From assembly GCF_001194135.2 (NCBI RefSeq), contig NC_069000.1, positions 1,624,405-1,688,404 on the forward strand: DNA of 64,000 nucleotides, given 5' to 3'. Shown one piece after another: positions 1-11,901 of the stretch (the first letter of the stretch is position 1; every line of letters begins with the position of its first letter). The notes below the pieces were generated by a model, which had not been told where the DNA came from, made no database searches, and saw nothing but the letters and a program-made list of their open reading frames with translations. The translations under genes were made by a program, and so were the position numbers. Source of the DNA: Octopus bimaculoides. Lineage: Eukaryota.

Positions 1-215
1 CTGTGTACACAGAGACACACACAGAGTAAAGATAAAATTAATCACTGGTCTCATTGTTTCTTATGAAGAGAAGGACAAAGTTAGGAATTAATCTCTGGAA
101 AGGTCTTTAAGATTAATTCAAAGCAGTAACAACAACAGCAACAATTGTTGAAGTTCTATTAATAAGCTATTGATTTTGTACAGTTAATTGTTTCTCTGAT
201 GTAACTGGAGCTAAA

Positions 216-500
216 CTGTCTGTCTGTGCGACATCAGACCCACTACCCCCCCTCCCCCCAACCTACCTGGTCCAACCCAGAGTACATTTATGATAGACTG
301 TCTGCGGACATCAGACACCACTACTACCACTATCGTCACTGTCACCCAAACACTGACCTGACTCAGACCAACTGTCTGTGACATCAGAGACCACCACCAC
401 CACCACCACCAGACCCAGCCTAACCTCCTCCCAGAGTTACCTTTATGACAAACAGACCACCTGTGACATCAGAGAACACCACCCCCAACCAACCCAGATT
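216..500. repeat. Degenerate minisatellite, four units of about 75-85 bp
   Basis: CTGT(CTG)TGACATCAGA core near 221, 298, 373 and 460, each followed by a CAC/CCC tract; CCCAGAGT.C.TTTATGA recurs. Confidence 0.7.
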
Positions 501-2770
501 ATATTTATAACTAACCAGCTGTTCTATCAAAGATCATCATCATCGCCACCACCACCACCACCACCACCACCACAGAGTAAAACATGTTTGTTCTAACCTA
601 CAAAAAGAGAGGTGAAGGACCATCAGGGTGTTATCACTGGAACAATTAAACAGAATGAGAAACAGTGGCCTCACTCAATAGACGGATGACAATCAATACA
701 AATATTAATTGCATGTGGAGGATGCCGCACACTACCAGAGACAAACAGACGTGTGTGTGTGTGTGTGATTTGTCTAGAAGGAAAGGTGTAAGGGTTAAAC
801 AGCACAAACGAAAGGGGGGGTCTACCTTTTACTCTTCTTCTTTTTTTTTTTACCCCCAAGGTCAGTTCCAATCCAGTAAAGGATATTTCTAAAGTAACCA
901 TCCAAGTCACATTGGACAAAAAGCTGTTTTCTCGTCAACTGACCCATCAATTAGAGAGAAAGGCAGTTTCTTTAAAATGAGTTTTCTAGTTTACAGTCTG
1001 TCTGTGCGTCTCCTTTATGGCAAATTTTCCCACGACAAAAATGTTTACGACAAATTTTTCAGACAGAATTCAAAACAGCCTGTTTTAAATTGTTTGTATT
1101 TAAATTAAAACCATCCATCCACTGAAATTTTATGTGAGAACTTGTTCAGTTATGTCCCAAACATCAGTTTAATGATGACAGAATTGATAATTTTCTTAAT
1201 TAATTGAAAGATATTAATGAGATGGTTAGAAAAGGATTAAGTTGAACCCAAGTTAGTGAGAGGACAAGTTCAAAGAAGCATAATATTGTGATTTTGTATC
1301 TCATCAGGGCCCATCAGGTCAGAATTTGGCAAACTGTAGATTTAGGCCCATTGAGCCAGATGCAGGGGGCATATCAGGGATTAGGAATGCTGGGTGGGGA
1401 TAAGGTGAGCAATTTGAAAACAAAAGAAATACTCACAAAAATTGAAATAAATAGTTATCCATGTGCAATATGAAAATTTAAAAAATCTAGTTTGAAATTT
1501 CTAGAGTTGAAGGTCATGTCCAGTCTGCCTCTTGCTGGATCAGTTACAGAGGCATGAGGAGCCAAACTCATGGTGCCACGCCTGAGAAGCTGGAGCCAAG
1601 AAATTCAGCCTAGCAAGTTAAGTCTGTGGAGCAAAAGCCATGAAGTCAGATCTGCAAAGAAATCAGGCCCAAGAAGCCAAGCCCATAAAGCCAGACTCAT
1701 AGAACCAGGACAAGAGAGTCAGATGCAGGAAACTAGGACTCAGGGAAGACAGACTGAGGATGAAGACTCAAGAGTCATATGGTCTTGCAATCATGTCTAA
1801 AGCTTATAAACATTATTTCACACCAAGAAAGTGATAAGCATTTGACAAATGGTGATGTAATTGACTTATAAGAATTACTAAACAGCTAATTAATTTCAAA
1901 TTTTGACACAAGGCCAGAAATTTCTGGATATGGATTAAGTTGATTACATTGACCCCCATGGTCAACTGGTACTTATTCTATTGACCCTGAAAGCATGAAA
2001 TGTGAAGCTGACCTCAGTGGAATTTGAACTCAGAATGTAAAGAAGGAAGAAATGCTGCCAAGCATTTAACGTGCCTTGCTAATGATTCTGCCAGCTCACT
2101 ACCTTAGTGAGTTAATTAATATTAACACTAGTTAACAATCATTTGTTATCAGTGATAATATTAAACAGGTAGGTGGTACAAGAGGATATTTCTAATATAT
2201 TAAGTTGGTAAGAGAGTGCTTGCAGGTAACAAGTCAATGAAACAACTCTCCTTCCTGAAACAGATTTGGTAAATCTAATAAACGTGACACAAGACTGCAA
2301 ATGGAACTGGTTAAAATGTACTTTACAACAGAATTATCTTTAAAACACACACAAACATAAAAGTAAAGAAAAAAAAAATTAAAAAAAGAAAAGAAAAATC
2401 AAAGAAAATACACACACACCCACCTTTAGTACTAGATTAGAGAAATGCACTTTACTTTGATATTTGGAAAGGGAGTGGGGGGAGGGGGCAGCGGTCGTTA
2501 ACGATAGCAACAAATAATGAAGGTGAATAAAGATGATTAAATGGAATATCTTTACTTGCAGTACATAAAACAACAACCATCACCATCATCATCATCATCA
2601 TCATCAATGCTAAGCCTCTGCTTGTATGTAATTTGTGGCTTGTTTCACTAAAAACCAAAATTTCTAATTCCACTTTTGGCTTCCTGGTGTCTTTGTTAAT
2701 AATAAACGTAAGGCTTTCCTTTTCTTGTACACCCACTGAAGTTATTTTATGGCCAATATTCAAAGAACAC

Positions 2771-2986
2771 AAGGCGGCAGGCTCGCAGAATGATCAGCAC
2801 ACCAGGCAAAGTGTTTAGCTGCATTTTCTCTATTTTCACATTCTGATTGCACATTCTGCCAAGGTAGACTTTGCCTTTCATCTTTTTGGGATCAATAAAA
2901 TAAGTACCTGTTGGACATTGGGGTTGATGTCATCGACTCCAATGCCCTCCCTCAAATTTGCTGGCCTTGTGTCAAAATTTGAAACC
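2771..2986 (+). mobile_element. SINE family A (tRNA-like head, central GACTTTGCCTTTCATCCTTT...ATAAAATAAGTACC domain); representative of about 15 copies, e.g. 1894-2105, 4438-4560, 14568-14755, 20025-20938 (three), 30660-30790, 35195-35357, 41370-41573, 45228-45440, 47105-47620, 53905-54035, 55470-55600
   Basis: Same about 210-bp sequence recurs in both orientations; AAGGCGGC head, GTTCAAAT B-box-like motif, tail ending AAATTTGAAACC plus (ATT)n. Confidence 0.85.
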
Positions 2987-5424
2987 AATATCGAAGGAAT
3001 ACTGAATTTAAACTTCTGCATATCATTCTCATACAGCCATGTAGTGGCCTTAGCTTCATTATATTTTAAGCTTCTTTTCCAAAATATTGTCTCATTTTTC
3101 TAAGAAAATAGTTTTTGGCAAGCTTTCATTTACAAGTCTGTCTAATTTCTCTATTAATTATCTGGAGATGCATTATTTACGACTTTAAGACTAAAAACAA
3201 AATCAATTGCTATAACAACCTGACATAATAGGATTTACTAAATATATATTAAAATTGGCCACCTCTCTAAGTCTCACATAACGAGACAGAGGAAAAGAAG
3301 AGAAGGAGAGCAAAAAGAAATTAGAGTAAAGAAAATAAAATAAAAACAAGAGAAAAAAAAAAGCTTCATTAGCCAGAAATAATTCAAATAAAAAGCAAGA
3401 GAAAATTCTAGTAATGGAAAATACAGGCGGATGAATAAACGCAATCTTAGTTATCATAAATGTAATTTCGTTTCTATTTTCTGTATTACCAATAACATAT
3501 TTTAGTCCATACACACCGAAGCATGTATTAGCCTTCAGACAATTCAATTTTTAACCAATATTTCACTTAAGAAAATAAAATAATAAAATCATAAAATAAT
3601 TCAAGAAAAGCTAAAAACACAAAAAAAAAAACCTACTGAAACATGGCTAGCAGCTATGTATGTGTGTATGTATACATATGCGTGTGTGTATAAGTATACA
3701 TGTGTGTGTGTGTGTGTGTGTATGTATATATGTGTGTGTATATATATATATATATATAAAGTAAAATTGTATGCCAACATTTGAAATATCGATCAAAACA
3801 CTGAGATGCATATAATTTCTTTTAACATAAGGAGATCGTTGCTTAGCAACCACTGAAGTTTGGCCTAAAGAGAGATTTGGATCCAAAAACAAAATCACAT
3901 CTATTGTAGTTTAGTTATCCATATATGGCTGGCTATAGACTAAATGCAGTGCTGGAAGAATTTTAAACTCAAATTTGTTAATGACTGATAATGAAGTATC
4001 TCATCTAGGTTAGCAATTTATTTCAATGCTAACGAGCAAGCCTTTATGTAAGTGCCAAAGAGCAAGCCTCCATGCAAGTACCTACAAGACCTGAGAGACC
4101 CTCTGCACATACCAAAGGATTTTGTATGTAGTCACTTCACCTGCTAAATGTAGCAGCCAACTATCCTTCAAAGCCTACAGTGGTCTCTTAAAAATGGATG
4201 AATAAATTAGTTCAGAATGTGTGCATAGACTTATATGTATATGTTTTATATACATATAAGTGTTTTGGGGATCACCAGTACTTTATTATCTCCCCTTCTT
4301 CGCATCTCTTCTGTCCAACTACCTTTTTCCAGCCAGTCGCCATGATTGACCACTAAATCCACAATTTTTCTTTTATTCTCTCTCCTCATGGTCCTTTCTG
4401 CTGAAGAGCAGAGTCTGAAAACATAAAAGACTTTTTTTGGACTTTGCCTTTCATCCTTTCAGGGTCAATAAATTAAGTACCAATTGAGCACTGGGGGTCG
4501 ATGTAATCGACTACTCCCCTGCCCCTAAATTACTAGCCTTGTGTCAAGATTTGAGATCAATATTTCCAGGCTATCTTCTTCATACTGGCATTATCTCAAA
4601 CACACCACTAGCACAAAATAGGCCACTTCTGGCTGAACAGATAAAACAAAAACAAAACATGAAGATGACTTTTGTGTGCCCAGCATGTATAATTGGAACT
4701 AAAAGGTTCATGCTTGGTTGCATTTCCAAGTAACAGGCTCTTTAACTATCGCCAATAAGTTGAATAAATGATGGGGGGTGGGGAGGAGTCATTAATGAAG
4801 TTTAAATTTTATTTCAATGATGCTACACTGCATGAATAAGCAATACACATGTACAAACCTAACCAACAGAAAATACTCCCCCCCACCCCGTTTTCTATCT
4901 CTTTCCTTCTTCCTTTCTCTCTCCCTCTACTCTTCCTTTCTCTCTCTTTTCCTTCCTCCTTTCTCTCCCTCTCTCCTTTCTTTCTTTCCTTCCTCCTTTC
5001 TCTCTCTCTCCTCTCACACACACACAGATGGCTACACATACACACAGGACATTAAAAGATGGTCATCATCATCATCATCATGAGAAAGCCCCTGTGCAGT
5101 CACTTGACTTGCTAGAAATAACAATTAAATCTCCCTGAAATTTTAAGAAAAAAAAGAAGGCAGTGAACAATGTAATCCCATATTGACTGTGTGCAAATGG
5201 GAGGGAAAACATTAGAAAAAATTACAGCATGGTCATGGCTGGAATGGGTTTGATCATTGGTCTACTTGATCAAAGGTGACCTGGGGTTAAAACCCATTAA
5301 AAACATTGTCTCTCTTCAATTTCCTTGGTTCTTCTTAACAATTGATCTCTCTCCTATTTAGTTAACATTGTCTTTTAAATTAATATATTTACAAACTTAA
5401 GCAAATGGGCCAACACCAATACCA

Positions 5425-5615
5425 GTCAACTGACCGACTAATTGACTGATCAATTGATCAACCCACCAACCAACCGACCAACCGACTGACCAACCAATCA
5501 AACAACCAACTGACCAAGTGACTGGCTGACCAATTGACCAACCAGCCAACCAATCAATGGACCAAGCAACTGACTGTCAGACTGATCAACTGATCAATTG
5601 ACCAACCAACTTGAC
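5425..5615. repeat. Cryptic tetranucleotide array (CAAC/CTGA/CAAT/GACC)
   Basis: Continuous shuffled tetramers, e.g. CAACCAACCGACCAACCGACTGACCAACCAATC. Confidence 0.8.
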
Positions 5616-6311
5616 CATTAAAACATATTAACCTAAAGTTCTCTTTTCAAAATGACAATTTGTCCAGTTCTAATCAGTTCCATGATCTAATGAGTGATAA
5701 GTACAGAGCTTAGTGGCTTCATTTTAGAAACATGTAGGATATCATGTAGGAATAGTTTATAGCTTAGAGAAGAGAAGACTGATCTACAGAGTGTAGTAAC
5801 TTTGGCAACAGAAATCATAGATTTGCAGGAGGCATGATCTTTGGTAAGTTGCATCGAGATTTCGGGAAGAGGAAATAAATCTGATGGCAAGATACTGAAC
5901 TATTAGAAATTGATCAAAGAACGTGATTGGCAGAGAGTGAAACGATGGGTTGGGTCTAGTCTGCAGACATGATTGCAAACAACAAAACCAAAGAATGGAA
6001 GAGAACAGCCATCCAAATAAATAATGTCTACCAAGGAATTTGATGCTTTCTTCGGAAAGCAAGAAACACCTTTTTCTTCTTCTTCCAGCAAGATCGACAG
6101 TTCCTTGGGAATCTTGTGCTATTTTGGTTTCCAAGTTTAATTGAATCAATAATTAACTAATCCATCTGATACCTTTGCTTAATATCCTTCAAGAAAAGAG
6201 ACAAACAAAAAAAAAGCCATCAATATTTTATTTACAGCTTCTCAACTTAAGAGTTTTTCTCTGACTAATAAGCTTGCTTCTGTTACTGCTGCTAACAACA
6301 ACATTACAGCT

Positions 6312-6361
<50 letters not shown>

Positions 6362-6395
6362 CAGAAAAAGAAAGAGAGAGACATTGTTTTAAAGC

Positions 6396-6439
<44 letters not shown>

Positions 6440-6764
6440 ACATAAATAGCACCCATGCTGGTGCAGCATAAAATGCGCCCATACTGGTGCCATGTAAAAG
6501 GCTTCTGTTCTGGCACCATGTAATAAGCACTGATGCTGACTCCATGTAATAAGCAACAGTAGACTCTGTAAAGTGGTTGGCATTAAGAAGGACACCCAGC
6601 CATAGAAACCCTGCCAAATCAGACAATTGGAGCCTGGGGCAGCTCTCAGTTTGCCAGCTCCTGTCAAACCATCCAACCCATGCCAGCATGGAAGATGAAC
6701 TCAAATCAGGATATATAGATGGAGAGAGCAGCATCGTTTTGCAACTATATAGATGTATGTATGC

Positions 6765-6804
<40 letters not shown>

Positions 6805-8649
6805 NNNNNNNNNNNNNNNNNNNNNNNNNNNNNNNNNNNNNNNNNNNNNNNNNNNNNNNNNNNNNNNNNNNNNNNNNNNNNNNNNNNNNNNNNNNNNNNN
6901 NNNNNNNNNNNNNNNNNNNNNNNNNNNNNNNNNNNNNNNNNNNNNNNNNNNNNNNNNNNNNNNNNNNNNNNNNNNNNNNNNNNNNNNNNNNNNNNNNNNN
7001 NNNNNNNNNNNNNNNNNNNNTGTTTAAATAATAACAATAATGATAATCAGTAAAGCTGTTAATCTCCTCAACAGAAGAATTCTTCTTAGGTGTCAGGAAA
7101 ATAGAATGTCGGTCTATCACACCAGCTGAAGAATTAGTCTTCTTTTACACAGATACACAGAGCTGGGATTTTTTTTTCTCTTTTTTCGCTCTATATTTAT
7201 TTTGTTTACTATTTTTTCCAGTTATTTTTTTTCTTACCTTCTAAATCCAGATAAATCAATAGAAACTCTAGTGATAGCTAACTAGTTCAACTGTCTACAA
7301 GAGTATATGCAACATTCAGAATAATTTACTTGAAATATTTATGAAAAAAAAAAAAAAAAACACTGCATCTCAGCTATTTTTTTAAATAGATTGCATGGAA
7401 AAAACAAAAAAAAAAGTTGTTTTATTCTCAGCCAAGTAAAAGAAAATATATTTTTTAATGTTTATATTGAAATTAGATCTGTGTCTGTTAGGTGTGGTGA
7501 GACGGAGATCTATTCTGATAATCTATTTGTTCTATAGACCCATGCAGTTTATGCCAATATCGAACCATTGAGGGAACCTTTATGTGGTTGCCCAACTTGC
7601 CTAAAATAGTAGAGAAATCTCTGGCAAATCATGCTCTATAGAAGAACACACTAGATTGTGCAATTATTTATCTGGCTGTGTGGTAAGAAGTTTGCTTCTC
7701 AACCACATGGTTGTGGGTTCAGTCCCACTGCATGGCATCTAGGACAAGTGTCTCCCACTATAAGCCTCAGGTAGGCAGACTAATGCCCTGAGTGGATTTG
7801 GTAGATGGAAACTGGAAAAAGCCTGTCAGTTAGCTGCATACACACACACACACACACACACACACCTTTTATTCATTTCAATCATTGGACTGTGGCCATG
7901 ATGGGACAGCAACTGGAAGAGTTTTAGTCAAACACATCAACCCCAAACTCATTTTTGTAAAGCCTGGTGCTGATTCTATTGTTCCCTTTTGCCAAACTGT
8001 TAAGTTATAGGGACATAAACACATCAATACAGGTTACTGAGTGGTGGTGGAGGGGACAAACACCATCACAAAGACACACACACACACACACACAGAGGAA
8101 GTCAAAAATTATCTGCACTTTCACCATCACATATCTTTATAATTGTCACACTGCCTTCTGCACATGCATGCTTATAGTTGGTACTATTGTGGTCATGTGA
8201 TCGACGTTTGAGCCTGATCATGCCACAAGCTTTGGTCAGCCCAAGGCAAGAGTAGAAGGTTCCACACAATGAGACTGAACCCAGAAGTATGTGGTGGGGG
8301 AAGCAACAAGCATCTTAACACACGACCACGGCCAGTATCACCGGTCTTCCACTGCTCCTTTGTATTTCTCGGCCCAGGAAGGATGAAAAACAATGTTAGC
8401 CTCTGAGCTGGATTCGATGATTAATGATGGTGGCCTTCACCTGCAGATTCTCTAGCCTTAGCTCCATTCTCAATTAAGAGAATCGCACTGAGAAACATCG
8501 TAAGTCTTCTCTTTCAAACTCGCAGACATGAATTGTTAAGTTGCTAGTGTCATTAGAATGAATGATGTGTGGAAAGGAATGAAATCAAATTCTAAGACTA
8601 AGAATCTCAAGCAGCCGATAAGAGAATTTGATTGAGTGGTGGTGGTGGT

Positions 8650-9380
8650 NNNNNNNNNNNNNNNNNNNNNNNNNNNNNNNNNNNNNNNNNNNNNNNNNNN
8701 NNNNNNNNNNNNNNNNNNNNNNNNNNNNNNNNNNNNNNNNNNNNNNNNNNNNNNNNNNNNNNNNNNNNNNNNNNNNNNNNNNNNNNNNNNNNNNNNNNNN
8801 NNNNNNNNNNNNNNNNNNNNNNNNNNNNNNNNNNNNNNNNNNNNNNNNNNNNNNNNNNNNNNNNNNNNNNNNNNNNNNNNNNNNNNNNNNNNNNNNNNNN
8901 NNNNNNNNNNNNNNNNNNNNNNNNNNNNNNNNNNNNNNNNNNNNNNNNNNNNNNNNNNNNNNNNNNNNNNNNNNNNNNNNNNNNNNNNNNNNNNNNNNNN
9001 NNNNNNNNNNNNNNNNNNNNNNNNNNNNNNNNNNNNNNNNNNNNNNNNNNNNNNNNNNNNNNNNNNNNNNNNNNNNNNNNNNNNNNNNNNNNNNNNNNNN
9101 NNNNNNNNNNNNNNNNNNNNNNNNNNNNNNNNNNNNNNNNNNNNNNNNNNNNNNNNNNNNNNNNNNNNNNNNNNNNNNNNNNNNNNNNNNNNNNNNNNNN
9201 NNNNNNNNNNNNNNNNNNNNNNNNNNNNNNNNNNNNNNNNNNNNNNNNNNNNNNNNNNNNNNNNNNNNNNNNNNNNNNNNNNNNNNNNNNNNNNNNNNNN
9301 NNNNNNNNNNNNNNNNNNNNNNNNNNNNNNNNNNNNNNNNNNNNNNNNNNNNNNNNNNNNNNNNNNNNNNNNNNNNNNNN
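8650..9380. other. Largest assembly gap (731 N). Other large gaps: 6805-7020, 19118-19233, 21893-21950, 23838-23937, 24704-25101, 52237-52553; short ones near 10263, 41008 and 51476
   Basis: N runs, mostly bordered by microsatellites. Confidence 0.99.
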
Positions 9381-9639
9381 GGGGGAGGACTGCTATGGGA
9401 TCAGATTAAATCTTTAAAAGAAAGAAAAAAAAAAAGAAAGAGTGAAACTCAGGAAATTTTATAATTGGAAAATAAAAATGACAAAAATTAATTTAGCCTA
9501 ATCTGCTTGAAATAAATACAGGTGTATGTACGCATGTGTGAGTGTATACACACCCACACAGTTTTGGCTAGCTTTAGCAAGTTACGGTGGCCATGCATCA
9601 TTAATACATATATACATGTACATGAATATATATATTTTT

Positions 9640-9835
9640 TACTCTTTTACTTGTTTCAGTCATTTGACTGCGACCATGCTGGAGCACCGCCTTTAGTCAA
9701 AAAAATTGACCTCAGGACTTATTCTTTGTAAGCCTAGTACTTATTCTATCGGTCTCTTTTGCTGAACCGCTAGATTACAGGGATGTAAACACACCAACAT
9801 TGGTTGTCAAGCAATGGTGGAGAGACAAACACACA
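9640..9835 (-). mobile_element. SINE body family C; copies at 7865-8075, 25825-26030, 28325-28440, 29735-29880, 30525-30630, 30790-30860, 58610-58880
   Basis: Recurrent TTTTACTTGTTTCAGTCATTTGACTG.GGCCATGCTGGAGCACC.CCTTTAGTC...GACCCCAGGACT on the plus strand. Confidence 0.85.
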
Positions 9836-9861
9836 CAAACATACATACATATATATATATA

Positions 9862-9913
<52 letters not shown>

Positions 9914-11549
9914 AGATGTCATAAAAAACGGAATGGAAAATCCTACATCTTCCAAGCTTGTTTATCATCGTATTCTTCACATTACATTCCTGTTAGACTT
10001 CAGTCCTGACACACGTTTCTGCAGCATAAGTGTCCTAATGTCCCTTGGTGTAGCCTTTATGAGCAATCACCTGTTGCAGTTGCAGTATGTGTTCATCCAG
10101 GGCAGACGCATCTGTGCAGATTTATTCAAACTTGTACTCATGCAGGTGGGTGAGACAAACTACACACTTACATATATATCATCATCATCATCATCATCAT
10201 CATTTAACGCCTGCTTTCCATGCTACCATGGGTTAGATGGTTTGACTGGAAACTGGTAAGGCNNNNNNNNNNGGGGGGGGGGGGGGCTGCACCAACAAAG
10301 GAACCCCTGCATAGTTACTCAGTTAGCTGAAAACAGCAGCCAAATCTACCTCAAAGGAAGCACATAGTATATCATTAAGGACGGTATTGAATATATCTTG
10401 AAAATAGAGAGAATAAATATAAGTGAAACACTTTTGATTATCTTGTCTGTGACGGTCAACAATCGATGGCCAGATGAGCTGTCACGGATCAGACTATCCC
10501 TAAGTGTGTATGAATGTGACCGGGGGCAACATGTGAACTTATCTTCCCACTGATACTCTGAACATGATCTCTACACCTCTATAGTAGAGTGTGGGTTGAT
10601 GGAGATTTGGCTGCTATTTCTCGTTAATTATGTAACCACATGGAGGTTCTCAGGTTGACTCATTAGTTAGCAGGATTCAGATAGAGTGGGTGTTAGTAGT
10701 GTAATTGGCAATCAAACTTGCTCTCATTTCAAACAAGCCTTGGTAACAATATCCCCAAAATTCCACAACTGCAGATAAAGGGAGAACCAAAATAATGGCC
10801 TATCTCAGTCGAGTAGCAGATAGGAGCAGTCAAGAACACATTAAAATAGGGGCCCTCGTTTGTATTTCAAGATCAGCTGCAACTTAGACCAAAATAAAAC
10901 AGCTGAAGGGGGGGGGGTAGAGTGGGACAACAGAGGGAGGGGAACACTTTTTTTTTCTTATTACTTATTTCATATTTGGAGAGATTGTTCTTGAATTGTT
11001 ATTTTGATGCCACTGGTATATATGCATACACATATGTACATACATACATAATATATATATATATGTGTGTGTACATACATACATCCACACATATACATTT
11101 GCTTCTCTCTCTTATATATATATATATATTTAGTACACCCAGTCTCCTGCACATACATTTTTGTTGCCCTGTTCTCTCTAAATGAAATGTAGAAGAGGAT
11201 AAAAGAAAGTACTTTAAACTTTTTTTTTTTGAAGGTCATAAAGAGTGACAGTACTATGCTGGCAGCTTTTTGCAGGTTGAAGAGAAATAGGAAGAAGGAA
11301 AGAGCAAACCAATGAACTCAAAGCTATAAATATCACACACACACACACATATAAAGACATGTGTATACATATACATAAAGACATATACACACATATATAT
11401 ACATATAGATTAATTATAAGGTTCATTCGAATCTAGGTACATCAACATGTAGGACAGCAGGACAGGCTGGATACCATAACATTGAGTTCACAGTAAGGTA
11501 AAATAACCACAAGGTATCATGTGTTGGCAGTGTGCTGCAGGGGTATGTA

Positions 11550-11595
<46 letters not shown>

Positions 11596-11706
11596 GTATG
11601 TGGCATGCTCTCACTAATTGTTTTAAGGTGTATGTAGTTGCAAGGAAACATTGTCTTTGCAGTTCTATATTTAAAAGATGAGGAATTATTTACATTATTT
11701 ACTTTA

Positions 11707-11901
11707 TTTACATGTGATGGATATTTGTCCTCATCTTGTTTGTTGCTAACACATTTCGGCTGATATACGCTCCAGCCTTCATGAGGAATGAGAACCCAGG
11801 TTCGAAATTTCCCCCAAGACACCTGATGAAGGCTGGAGGGTATATCAGCCGAAACGTGTTAGCAGCAAACAAGATGAGGACAAATATCCATCACATGTAA
11901 A
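11707..11901. repeat. Inverted duplication of the hammerhead element: 76-bp arms (11707-11782 / 11826-11901), 43-nt spacer
   Basis: Arms are reverse complements at 73 of 76 positions by manual comparison. Confidence 0.92.
11818..11860 (+). ncRNA. Minimal hammerhead ribozyme motif, 3-nt deletion at the cleavage site
   Basis: GACAC-CTGATGA-A-GGCTG-gagggtatat-CAGCC-GAAAC-GTGTT; same family as 17116-17161 but missing the NUH triplet. Confidence 0.6.

Noticed and set aside
216-500. Repeat-spacer pattern as a CRISPR array
   Set aside because: Eukaryotic intron context, degenerate repeats, low-complexity spacers and no cas genes.
3100-3640. Very AT-rich segment as a mitochondrial insertion
   Set aside because: No recognisable mitochondrial protein, rRNA or tRNA sequence.
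6228-9464. Long ORFs of 100-278 aa here and at 19108, 23714-25242 and 52005-52730
   Set aside because: They read through N-gaps and TA/CA repeats.
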